The notes under the pieces were generated by a model, which saw nothing but the letters and a program-made list of their open reading frames with translations, had not been told where the DNA came from and did no database searches. From the NCBI GenBank assembly GCA_010015585.1, contig ML975183.1: 41,224 nt of DNA; one strand, 5' to 3'. The translations under genes and the position numbers were made by a program. Each line of letters starts with the position of its first letter. Positions within the stretch are counted from its first letter, which is position 1. This document shows positions 1 to 11,749 of this stretch, piece after piece. The stretch comes from Eremomyces bilateralis CBS 781.70. Its lineage: Eukaryota.

Positions 1-114
1 GAATCTCTTGTTCGACTTTGCACTGAGGGTGGTCCTATCATGTCTATGTAATTCTCTATATCACATATCGAAGCATTATACAGACGTCAAGTTTACAAGC
101 GATATCTCAAAATA

Positions 115-666
115 ATGGCGACGGCTCTCTTAATGGTCGACATGCAGAATGCCTTCCTCGACATGACCAAAGTAGCGCTTCCGAACATCGTCAAACTCTC
201 ACAGCACTTCTCTTCCAATTCCTGGCCACGTATCTTCACTCAACATGGGCACACTCGAGAAGAACTCACACCTCCGTTCAAGAACCAGTTGGTTAGAAAA
301 TGGGGTCCGGATGGATCAATTGCGAAAGGGAGTCTGAGCTGGGAATTCATCCCAGATATCAAACAGCTCATCACGTCCGACAGTCCAATTATTCCTAAGA
401 ACACATACGATGCCTTCCTAGGTACGGATCTCGAGAAGCGTCTGCATGACTTGGGCGTCAAAAGGCTGGTTGTCTGTGGAGTCATGACCGACTGTTGTTG
501 TGATACCACTGCACGGGGTGCCTTCAATCGTGGTTTCGAGACATGGTTGGTGAGCGATGCAACTGGTACGGCGAACAAGATTCAGCATGAGCGTGGATTA
601 AATGCATTTGGTTTCGCTTATGGCGATGTGATCACTACAGACGAGGTGTTGAAGAGGCTGAAGTGA
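115..666 (+). CDS. Isochorismatase-family cysteine hydrolase (intronless, 183 aa)
   Basis: The motifs ALLMVDMQN (catalytic Asp), PKNTYDAF (catalytic Lys) and GVMTDCCCDTTARGAF (catalytic Cys) match the isochorismatase/nicotinamidase fold. Confidence 0.92.
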   Translation: MATALLMVDMQNAFLDMTKVALPNIVKLSQHFSSNSWPRIFTQHGHTREELTPPFKNQLVRKWGPDGSIAKGSLSWEFIPDIKQLITSDSPIIPKNTYDAFLGTDLEKRLHDLGVKRLVVCGVMTDCCCDTTARGAFNRGFETWLVSDATGTANKIQHERGLNAFGFAYGDVITTDEVLKRLK

Positions 667-911
667 AGGACCGGAAGTCAACCGTGGCGTCCCAAACAAG
701 AAAACTGGAGTATTGCTTCAAATGGATATGACTGACGCGAAAATACGACCTTCCATGGAAGCAGAACATTGATAGCAAGGTAGAATACTGTCTTTAACGC
801 CTCCATCTACTTGTACTGCAAGATGGACAGGTAATATATGAAGACATACGAACTCTTACAAACAATAGGGTACAAAGTACTCCAGATCTCCAACTCCAAA
901 GTCCAACTCGC

Positions 912-1727
912 TCACGACGTGCCGAAAGTCTGGCCTCCCTCTTTAAGCCATCTCTCCTCTTCTTCAGTGGATTCCCGGCCCATTACCTTGTTTCGGTAGG
1001 GATATCTGCCAAACTGCTCCAAGATGACCCGATGCTTCTCTTCAAATTCTTCGCCCATTTTCATGAATTTCATGGCTTCGTTGTCTCCAGCCTCATCGAT
1101 ATCCGACGCCATCTCCGAGTTTAACTTGGTAAAAATATCATGGTCCTCGAGGTGTTCCGAATGCATGAGCGGCATGCAAAACCACCATCGATATGCGGTT
1201 GATTGTCGGAAGCGTGGATGGAGATCTGGACGTGGTTGCATCTGGAGGATGGCACGGCAAAGGGAACGGGAAAGAATATCGTAGTGGCCATAAATCAGCC
1301 TTTGGTCTTTGCGATAGATGTTTCGGGGATATTGGTCCAGCAGCAACAAGAGACTCAGCGCTGTTTCCGAAGGCGTGATCTGGACTACATCATCGCCCAT
1401 TTGAACTTCTGCCTCTTGTATTTCCGCTATGAAGGGTGCCGATAGAGCCTGTGAGAATGCGATTTCGGTGGCATAATCCGGGACAGCGGGAAAGGTCCAG
1501 TCCCGAATGGATTCGAGCGCTTGGTTGGCAGATGCCCTGCATATTTTATCGAACTGCTCGCGTTCCTCTTGTCCAGCTATACCGAACCATTTTTTCAGGG
1601 AGGACTCCGGTGCAATAGTGGCGGTTGCAGGTATCCCTTCGAACCAGATATCGAATATCTTCCGATACAAGCGAGGCGTAAATAGCGCCTTGTTTAAAGA
1701 GAAAGGCTTTCCGACACTAGCCATCAT
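912..1727 (-). CDS. DUF924 family protein (intronless, ~270 aa)
   Basis: LLLLDQYPRNIYR, PLMHSEHLEDH and HRVILEQFGRYPYRNKVMGREST are the characteristic DUF924 blocks. Confidence 0.9.
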   Translation of the reverse strand: MMASVGKPFSLNKALFTPRLYRKIFDIWFEGIPATATIAPESSLKKWFGIAGQEEREQFDKICRASANQALESIRDWTFPAVPDYATEIAFSQALSAPFIAEIQEAEVQMGDDVVQITPSETALSLLLLLDQYPRNIYRKDQRLIYGHYDILSRSLCRAILQMQPRPDLHPRFRQSTAYRWWFCMPLMHSEHLEDHDIFTKLNSEMASDIDEAGDNEAMKFMKMGEEFEEKHRVILEQFGRYPYRNKVMGRESTEEEERWLKEGGQTFGTS

Positions 1728-2896
1728 TTAAGAGCCTGATGGAATGGTCTTTGATATCGAATTTGATATCAATGATTTTAGATTTGACATGGAACTGCTG
1801 GAGTTGTAAAAAGGAGTACTTAGTTGATTAGTTCAATGATCTCCATGTCTGCAGGGTTCCCCATAATATTGAAAACAATCCAACTACATTCCCATTTTCC
1901 CCTAGCCTTTCACTCATCGTCTCCTTTACATTCAACTTGCAAAATCTTCGTTTGTAATGCACACACATACATGGCAAATCGCTGGATCGCCTGGGAAAGG
2001 TATGTACTGAAAGGTAACGGTAAATACCTACAATCCCGCTCGGCATTCCTCAAGTCCTGCAGAACGCACCTTTCAATAATATTTTACTTAAGTACCCCAG
2101 ACCCACCAAAGCGTGAGTTTGCTCAATTCCTGCGCTATCAGATGGGTGGTACGTTCCTAAATTCATCTTAAGTTATGGTACGGTTAACGGGACGTGCTCG
2201 TCCCGCGGATCAGAGCTCCTGCGAATATTCTATACCAATAGATCTTGGATGCCATTTTCACTTCGACTGGAAACGACACCATCCTTCATCATGACAGACA
2301 ACCTGCGTCAAACCATTCCTGTATTCTTGGCAAGTGTAGTCCAGTACTTCGCATTGTACCGGACTAGTGCATCCCCTGAGGTGGTCCCTTGGTCCTTGGT
2401 ACCGCGATATCCAGAGTCCAGACAAGCTCCATGAGATCTGAACTCTGGTTCAGCCGGATTGCCGTGCCACATGGTTTTTGCGATCCCTCATTCTTGCCGA
2501 AATCCGCTCTCCGGGGTTTCCGAGATCGACTCCCTGCTGAGTGCTGAGCATTAGGAATCTGATATCCAACCCCATTTGCACGCCGAGGCGCGTTCTCCGC
2601 TTCTACCTAATTCCATTGACGTCTCGAAGACTTCACTGTCCAACCCCTCCCGATATGATCGTGGGAACTGTCATCTAACTTATCAGCTCGCTCGCCCTCC
2701 AGCTGTTGTTAAATTCTTCATCACCGTTTCTAGCGCTCTCATGGAAAAAAGGCTGCGAAGCTTCCCTCCAGCAAATGATAGCTCCCCCGGACTTTTCTAT
2801 GTTCTTGCGCTGGATACTCCAATTACTTTCCTTGGTAGTCATCAGTACGAAGCTACTAAGGTTCATCCATAAAAACCTACATTTGTTGAAGTGTCC

Positions 2897-4208
2897 ATGC
2901 CGCCTGCGAAGAAGAAAGATTCGTCGAAGCAGACCAAGTCGGGGCGGACTTCTGAAGAGAATCAAGAACGGTAGATGTGACCGAGTTGTTTGCTGAGGAT
3001 ATGGCTAATGTGAGTAACCCAGAGCTTACATTGCCGCGTCTCGAAGGAGCGATCGGTCCTTCGAGGCGAGATGGGAGTCCGCCCAGCGTGCTTCCGAAAT
3101 CCACAAGAAGAGGACCGGACGTGGTTTCAAGCTGTCTCATGAGATTGTGATGAACGAAGAAATATATGAAGAGGAGGATGATTTCGAAGCTAGGTTTCTG
3201 AGTCGAGTCGGCGTGCCTGCGCCGAAAGATTTCAGTCTGACTGAGCGGCTCGCTGCTTACCATGCCGCCGGTGTTCCTGCGGAACGGCTCAGCGGCTTTG
3301 ACCAACCCCTTGAACTTCTAGGCTTTGCTCCGCAGCAAACGCGGCACACGTTGCCACAAGGAAACATGGCAACTCCGAACCAGCGAACTGGTGAAGCTCG
3401 AAATCATCCATATCCGGTGACAATGGGGCAGAGACGTACGCTTCGAAACCGAAGGGCATCGGTCGTCCCATCTACCGGTCATTCCATGGCAGACGAGGAT
3501 GCCCTAAGTCCAAATCTGCGAGATTCTTTGGAGCGGAGAAGCTCGGTGGTTGGCTCGCAGGATCGAAATCAACGATATGCGACCCAGTCGCCCAATATGT
3601 GGCAATCGCCTATTGGATCGGGTCACCGTGATCAGATGAGACGACTGGCGGAACAAACGTTCCCTCAGCGAACCGACCCAACTTTTCAGTTTAATTCCGA
3701 AATGAAGACTCTTCCACCCAAGAGCGGGCCGCTCACGCCAACAGCCCGAGACCCTGATTTCCCACTCGGATATGGTCCTTGGAGTTCCTACACATCGTTT
3801 TATACCGACAACCCAATGGGTTCCGTGGATGCGGACACACCTAGCTGTCTAAGATCGGATGGGAATCCAATGTCTCCCCCGGTGTTTAGTGCGAATGAAC
3901 TCGCAAGCCCTCATCTGCACGCCCAGGAACCATTCTTTGGTAATAGGGGTAATGTGGCAGGCGGAGGTTCCAACGACGACCCCGTCTTCCTCGACCCATG
4001 CTTTGGTATGGATGGAATCGACCAATTCAATGAGACCTTGTCATTAGGATATCCAGTGATGGAATCTCCTGCTTGCCAAAATGACGACTACTCTGGTAAT
4101 TTATATGGAATACCAAAAGAGCAAGGTTTCACCCCGCTTCAAGCGTCCTGGTTCCCGATTGATCCGTCCAAATCCTTTGATTCTTTCCAAGACGAAACGC
4201 GAGGTTAG
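2897..4208 (+). CDS. Conserved fungal protein of unknown function; join(2897..2970,3023..4208)
   Basis: Removing a 52-nt intron (gtagat...gctaat...cag) gives SEENQERAYIAASRRSDRSFEARWESAQRASEIHKKRTGRGFKLSHEIVMNEEIYEEEDD, in frame with ORF 3147..4208. I recognise this block from hypothetical Pezizomycotina proteins. The C-terminus is low-complexity and likely disordered. Confidence 0.85.
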
Positions 4209-6216
4209 CCGCAATGCCACAACTCCTCGATCGACCGACCATTTTCGCTAATCCCGTCATCCAGAGACCGATCTCGGCCTTGATTCTGAGTGGCTTAACC
4301 TCATCAACTCGTCGAACGAGATCGATGCGGCCCCAGGCGCATAGGCGGGTTGGCGTCTCCTCTGAGATTTCGATGCTAATCCATTCCATTCGACTCACAT
4401 TTACACTTCCGGTTACGACCGTCCATATTTTTGCCTGGGACCGTTTCGAGAGAAGACGTGGGTAATATCATCGTAGCATCGCGCAGTTGCATTATGGAAT
4501 TTTGGGTCTCGTGTGTGGATATTCATTTACGAGTTTATGGGTTCGCTAGAAACGACTGATCAACAGTGGCGCATGGCATTCCTCGGGATGAGTCGCAAAC
4601 TGGCATCTGGCTTACCTTCTTCACCGGCGTTTTCTGAGGAGATAGCATTTTCTCACGGTACACAAAGGGTTATTGGGAGATTAAGGGCGTTCTCAACGAT
4701 GCAAGACATGGGCCAGGCTATCTTATTTATATTTGGGAGGAAGCGAGGTATATGGATATGTTTAACCGAAGGCCAGGGAGATGAGGGTGGCCCGCAATAT
4801 CACCACCACGTCACGAGAAGCATTGGAACGTCAGTAACTCTGCAGTCTGCGCTTCTGTGTCGCTCGCCTCGCCACGCCACCATATCCCCTGGTCTTATTA
4901 AAGGGACGGGCACTCGACGAAATGTCGGCTTCGGATGCCCTTTCGAAGTTCCAAAATTCGATTCCAGGAAGCAAGGATCTAGATGTACGAACTGAGGTCT
5001 GTGAAGGCCAAAGTGGAGCTATGGCATATGGCCTGTGCTAATAATACGAGTTGAAGATTTGTCGTCTGAGGCTTTTGTTTGGTGTAACCGAATCACAGGT
5101 ATAACTCCGGGCCCAATTTGGCGGTGCTGCATCTTGCCGTAACCATCATCGTGTTTCGTGTCCGACTTTACACGTATCCTGTGCAGTCCCTTCTTCGATC
5201 GGTTCGTTACCTACAGAATTTTCCATTACCAGAAGCCTGTCATGGCGCAAGAAGTGTGCGATACGTCCCGGCCTCGCGAATTTGATTTGGAATCGGGCAC
5301 AACACGACTTCGGACATGTTCAGGAACCCAACCAGGGACTGCGATTGTGGTGACTCGACTTACTTCTAGTGGTGCACAGAGATGATCTGGGCTTCAGATC
5401 AGCGAGCCCTAAGTGTGGGCGTTGAGAGGGCCGAGCCAGTGTTCGCTGAAGTCAAACGGCGAGATTACTCTCGATGATCTGCGCGCCGCATGCTTCAGTG
5501 CCTGCAGAATCCCCAGCGCTCAGTCCGGGTGTTACAAGAGCCGGGAGCTTTGAGTTTCCCTGAACCCCTGAGCACGAGAGGGAATGCTCGACATCTTCCT
5601 GCAACGTTACCTGTCATGCAATTTCCACGTTGGTTCCTGGATATTTTGTGTGATGCCCCATTGTCGAGATTTAGTGGCCAATTCTTCTCATCATTTGTTC
5701 AACTCTCGAAGCTTTTGTTGCCGACCAATGTGGAATCTAGGCAAGGCACTGTCCTCGTACCGCGGGACCAGTGCCACCGACACGACGGAAGTAATTCTCA
5801 ACAAATGGATCATTTGACGCAGGGCGAGACCTGCCTTGCAGTCCTTGACTGCAAACCGTTTTGGTGCTTTATCGGACGCGGTAAACCGACGGCAGGGCAG
5901 GATTAATTCGGGTGCGACTGCGGCTGACTGGTGGGGACAGAGGCAGAAAGATATGATGCAATTCAGACTCTACGTTTGTTGGCATGATTTCGTTCTAACT
6001 TCCGAGTCCACATCGGCCGTTCAACCGAGTAGGCTTCCCTCGCCAATCTGATGGTTGCCATGGCCATTATCTCGCGATGAGGAATCATCGTCCACTCCTT
6101 TGCTGAGTGTATTGGGTGCCATCAAGGCCCTATTCTACCTGTCCTCACAAGTTTGAATTGATGCTCCACGCTGTTTTCTGTCAGGCGGGGTCGGTTCTCG
6201 TTTGGTTAGTATGCGG

Positions 6217-6271
6217 GAGACAGCATGGAGACAACATGAAGGCAGTATAGAGACAGCATGAAGACAGGATG
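6217..6271. repeat. Degenerate 11-bp minisatellite, 5 copies
   Basis: gagacagcatg gagacaacatg aaggcagtata gagacagcatg aagacaggatg read directly. Confidence 0.8.
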
Positions 6272-7326
6272 CAGTGAGACGTCGGTAGGTAGGGGATGAA
6301 GTGGGTGGCTGCTTTGCATGATTGCATCTTGTGTTTCCCCAGGCCATGGCTCAGTTTCAACGTCCTACCGTCCAGTCTGAATACTTTGTTGATGCTTAAT
6401 CGCGGTTCCTCGCGTGTAACGTTGAAATTCACCGACGTGGCCATCGAAGACTCACTTCATTTGCCCACTTGCTCCCTCGCAGACATCGGATGAACCGAAT
6501 GCGAACCAAGAGGGCATCTAATATCAGATCAGTGAGATGATCAGTGGGATGATCAGTGAAACAAGAGCTGAATAATTCGGTTGGTATCCCCCGAATGGAG
6601 GGAAATGACAATCCGAACCTGCACCTCTCTCCCTTGATATTCACCTGTTAGTGACATACAGTGGTCCGGGGAGGAATTTGGAGACGTGCAGGAAGACGAT
6701 GGGAGCGAAGCAAGAGAGCACTGGATATCGGGACATCACGTGCAACCTAAGCCGCAATCAGATATCGATGGTGACAGACAGAGCTCAGTTCAGCTTCACA
6801 CCCGACATCAATCTAGTCAGGTCACTGCTAGTAGTATCATCCGGCCTCAATCCGATCTGATATGACCTGACCTAACCTAACCAGATCTGATCTGATGATC
6901 CACTTTGCCCTTTGCACATCCTGTGAGATCACACAGATCATGATCAACCGGACCACTATCATCCCCCTTCACATCGCTTCTGCATCTCCCCGTCATTCAA
7001 ACTGGACTTCTTCGGCACCGTGCGTTTCCTGTGTACCGTATGGCTACTCTTCCTGCCATCCATGATTCCTCACCATCGCCCGGTCGGTTTGTAATGTCCC
7101 TCCCTGTCTCCCTCAGTGGTCCGGGAAAGTTTCCCCGTCTAAGATGCGGTATAAATGATCCATTGCCATCACTCTTTTCCCTTGAATTCCCTTTCGCACC
7201 TCAGTCGTGTCACTCGTTGCGGTTCTCCGCCGTCCCTTCGTTTTGTACTGTCTCTGAACACTGTATTTCTGCCGATTCGAGTCTCTTGCTGTTGTATCCA
7301 TTGCCGTACCTCTCCCTCTCGACAGG

Positions 7327-10300
7327 ATGCTGCCCCCAAGATTTGCTTTGCCGCTTGCCGTTATAGTGTCTCTTGTTGCTGCGGAGCCTATTCCTGGTAA
7401 GACTAGAAGTTTCCTTTGTTCCCCAGTCCTTTTCGTGCAAAGTTTCCTTGCTCTTGTATGATATCAACTCCCTAGCTCCCGCGCTGCTTGAACGCTCTAT
7501 CCGCCCTATCCTTCCTTTGTTGACTTGATTAAAACTGGATAAACGCGTCCCAAAATTTTTGATATCGGCGTATTCCATACCCGCATCCTCCTGTGGAAAA
7601 TTGTCGTGCAGGTTTTGTTTAGTTTCAGTCAATTTCAGTCAATTTCACCACGAATCCTCGCTTGCTAGCGAGAAGCATAGAAAGACTAATTCCAAACAGT
7701 CAATCTCAAAGCGGATTGTAACGAAACGTCTTCTGGTGCTATTACGACCGAATCCAGCACTGACCAAGATTCTCCGAGTCTTTCATGGTCTTTCGTCAGC
7801 CCAACCAGTACTTCGGCGACCTCTCGAACCTCGGCATTTACGGAGTCTCTTGAGCCCTCGGGTCCATCATGGAGCTGGATTAGCCAGTCTCTCTCTACCA
7901 GTGACACAGAAGGCTCACCGGTGGTTCCTACTTCCAATGGATCGAGCCTATCGCTCACTCGTCGGACTTCGTCGTCCTCGTCCAGTAAGTTCTCGGCTGT
8001 CGGTCCGACTGTTTGTGCAACCGACGGCGGGACCAGCGTATGCTTTGTATTTGCAAGCAGCTTGGCCTCCCGTCCGACCAGCTCGCCGTCGATCCCTCCT
8101 CGAATCACTCGGAGCAGCGGCTCACTGACTGTAACCGTTCCTGCAGGGGCCGGGACGTTTTCTAGGACTCTAAGCACTGCATCCGGTGCTCCGGTTCTTC
8201 CTAGCCCCGGGAGTGTAACATCATGGCCGTACAATGGTTTTGAATCTAGCAGGTCGTTGACCAGCTCGGATTCAGTCCCGGGTAGCTCAACTCAAGGATC
8301 GCCAGAGGCTCCAACATCAAGCGCTCCTTGCTTGAATGCAACATCCTCTCACAGCACCTCCCCTGGGTCTCCAGTGGTTTCATCAAACAGCAGTGCTCTT
8401 TCATCTGAACCGACCTCGAGCCTTTCTTCAACGTCCACAGTTGCCGTGACCTGGTCGAGTTCCACTCTGTCTTTATCCTTGCCGAGCTCATCCGCGTCAA
8501 GTTCAGCGATCTTCTCGAATAGCTCTTCAACTGGCCCTTCATCTTCATCCCCAGAAGGCACCAGCACTATCACTCTTCCACGTACATCGACCGTCGTCAT
8601 TACAGTTTCCAGTTCTAGAGCATCGTCTAGTCCCACCTCACATGGCCCCGCCTTTCCTTCCAACAGCACCTCTTCAATTCTCCCGACTTCTCCAGGGGTC
8701 TCTACAAGTTCCTCCATACCGAGTCATAGCAGCTCCAGCCCCTCAAGCATCTCGACAGAACCGGACTTGCCTCCGTATGGCTCCCTTTCGTCCATTTCGT
8801 CCGCGACAGTGCCATCATCGCAGCCTGCATCCTCGGCAAATTCAACAAGCGACAACCCAGTCATCTCGAGTTCATCAAGCGGGATAAGTAGTGGGGTGTC
8901 TTCGGCGTCATCTGGCTCTTCGGAATCGACGCATGGAAGTCTCACAAGTTCTGGAACGTCGCCGTTGACCCCATCGGCATCGTCTTCTGTGCCATGGGCA
9001 AACTCCACGAGTGGTGGTCCAGTGACTCCTAGTTCGTCCATACCCCTCTTGACTTCCGTCTCTGGGTCATCAGCGTCGCCATCATCCAACTCAACAAGTG
9101 AAGGTCCTGTCAGTCCAAGTTCCTCACCATCATCCTTCACATCCAGTGCCAGCTCGAATTCGAGTCACCTCAGTTCATCCTGGCAATCGCCAACCCTGCC
9201 CAGGTATGGAACTGAAACTGGGACAGTTTCTTCCAGTAGTATTAGCTCCACGTGGTCGAGCGCCTCAATCCCCACTTCATCGGTCCCCATACCCTCTTCA
9301 AACTCCACGAGCGTGGGCCCGGTGGTGCCAAGTTCAACGTCCATTTCCAGTCCGAGCAGTGGTCTATCCACGGGATCCTCCACGTCTGTTCCCTCGAGTT
9401 GGATATTCAACTCGACATCGTCTAGCGGGACGGGGACTGGAACTCCGACGGGAACCTTCACAAGCTCGAGAAGTTCCTCTAAAACTGAATCAAGGACGAC
9501 ATCCAAGACTAGGACCAAACAGTCAACAAGATCAGTCACGGGGACAGGAACATTGCCAACTGGAACCGGATCACAGACGAACACTACCATCCACACGTCT
9601 ACAGTTCATGTAACCCCCGTTCCTAGCTCGTCCACAACAGGCAGCCCAGAGACAGGATCAAGCACAGGACCCTCCAGCCCTTCGACATGGAGTACTTCAA
9701 GCCCTTCAGTTCCATTGTCCTCTGCCTCCTCTAGCACCATTAGGACAAGCACAGGCGATTCTGGGAGCCCGTCTTCCTCGTCCAGCGGTTGGTCAAATTC
9801 CACCACTTCAAGTAGCCATGTACCCTCCTCATCGGGGGTAGGATCCACAACTCATTGTCCCCCCACGGACTCAGGATCAACCTCATCTGTACCCCCCTCA
9901 AGCGCGGATTCCTCGAGCGCATCCTCATCCGTGGCTTCATCCGACTCCTCAGCATCGTCTTCTTCCGTTGAAAGTTCCCCATCCAATCCACCTGGGACGA
10001 GTACAGTGACTCTACCTAGCACCTCGACGAACGTTGTAACAGTCTCCAGCTCGACGTTACCTTCAAGCTCTACCCCTGGAAGCCCCGGGACGTCATCATC
10101 ACTAACCGACCCATCGAATTCGACGAGCTCTGTCCCTGGAACGTCGACAGGGACCGTTACGGTGCCTGGATCTTCCAGCTCATCCAGCTCTAGTTCGTCG
10201 ACTAGTGATACTTCCGAAAGCCCTATAACCCCATCGTCGTCGATAGAGTCTACTAGTTCGACTGCAAGCAACTCAACAAGCTCTAGCGGCACCGGTGTCT

Positions 10301-11424
10301 CGTCCTCGAGTTTTGTGAGCTCCAGCAGCGTGTCATGGTCTCACATCTTGCCTCCAACATCTACCAGTCAATCTACTCGCACAACATCTAGAGGTCCAGA
10401 TGTGTCAAGCTCGTCGTTGAGCTTGCCGCCAAGCTCGTCCAGCCCGTCCTCGAGCTCGTCGTCCAGCCTGTCGTCCAGTCCGTCCTCAAGCTCGTCGTCC
10501 AGCCCGTCGTCCAGTCTATCCTCAAGCTTGTCGTCCAGCCCATCGTCCAGCCCGTCCTCAAGCTCGTCGTCCAGCCCATCGTCGAGCCCGTCCTCAAGCT
10601 CGCCGCCAAGTTCGTCCAGCCTGACGTCGAGCTCGTCGACAAGCCCGTTGTCGAGCCCATCGCCGAGCCCGTCCTCAAGCTCGCCGCCAAGCTCGTCCAG
10701 CCCATTGTCAAGCCCGTCATCGAGCCCGTCGTCCAGCCCATCGTCCACCCCATCGTCCAGCCCGTCGTCCAGCCCATCGTCCAGCTCGTCGTCAAACCCG
10801 TCCTCAAGCTCGCCGCCAAGCTCGTCCAGCCCGCTGTCGAGCCCATCGTCCAGCCCGTCGTCCAGCCCGTCCTCGAGCTTGTCGTCAAGCTCATCGTCCA
10901 GCCCGTCCTCAAGCTTGTCGTCAAGCTCATCGTCAAGCCCGTCCTCAAGCTCACCGCCAAGCTCGTCTAGCCCGCCGTCGAGTTTGTCGTCTAGCTCGTC
11001 CGGCCCGTCGTCAAGTTCGTCGTCAAGCTCTAGGACTGCATCCAGTTCGGAGATTTCCTCGTCGACGGGAAGCTGGAGCTCTTCATCAACCACGACGTCG
11101 TCGCCATCGGAGACCGCAAGCACCTCGTCCGGATCTTCATCAACGACAGAGTCCGACTCCACACCGACAAGCAGCCTTTCGAGCTCATCATGGTCTACCA
11201 CCAGCAGCGTTTCCACAACAGATGGTAGCCCGGTTGTTCCATCCTCATCGTTCTCCCAACCGAGCACGTTCTCGACAGTGACCAGGTCACAGTCATCTGG
11301 AAACGGGAATCCACCAGGAGGGTATGGGGGTTTCGAGCCTAGTTCAACTGGCGGGGAGGGGGGTTATGAACCTAGCCCAACGGAAGGGGGCGGACCAGAG
11401 AGACACCTATGGCATGGACATTGA
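7327..11424 (+). CDS. Secreted Ser/Thr/Pro-rich mucin-like protein (~1264 aa); join(7327..7396,7700..11424)
   Basis: Exon 1 encodes a signal peptide (MLPPRFALPLAVIVSLVAA-EPIP) and ends at a gtaaga donor. The acceptor gactaat...cag at 7699 is phase-compatible with the open frame running to 11424. The protein has many NST/NSS sequons. Confidence 0.82.
10408..11030 (+). repeat. Coding minisatellite of ~12-bp TCGTCCAGCCC(A/G) units encoding SSSP/SSSL/SSPPSS repeats
   Basis: Dozens of near-identical tcgtccagccc / tcctcaagctc / gccgccaagctc units read directly. Confidence 0.93.
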
Positions 11425-11749
11425 AATAACAAGTTCTAGGAGCATTTAAGAAAGGTAGACGCATCCTGACAATGACTTGGTAAATAGCAAGCTGACAAAA
11501 CACAGATTTGGTTCCAGATAGACTCTGGGGCTCATAACTGATGGGCAGGGTCGAGGTTAGGAGATGAGTAGGATGTGAACAGCCACCCGTTCAGCAAGGG
11601 TGGTTCCAAACTTTGTGCTTCTCACTTTCCTTAAGTCTGCGAGGTTACAAGAGTAATTTGACAGAGCGCGAGCATCGGTAGTCCAATTGCAGCACCGTGG
11701 AAATTTGCAAACCAGGGCTCGTCGTGGTGTCTCAACTTTAGACTTCATC

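Noticed and set aside
4214..6100. Several 70-160-aa ORFs in the intergenic stretch
   Set aside because: No recognisable motifs and no coherent splice model. Lengths are compatible with chance.
10368..11267. 299-aa antisense ORF of D/E/L/G repeats, plus other antisense ORFs across 7686-10960
   Set aside because: These are shadows of Ser/Pro codons on the + strand (TCG/TCC/AGC read as GAC/GAG/CTG in a shifted reverse frame). The + strand has a signal exon and a longer frame.
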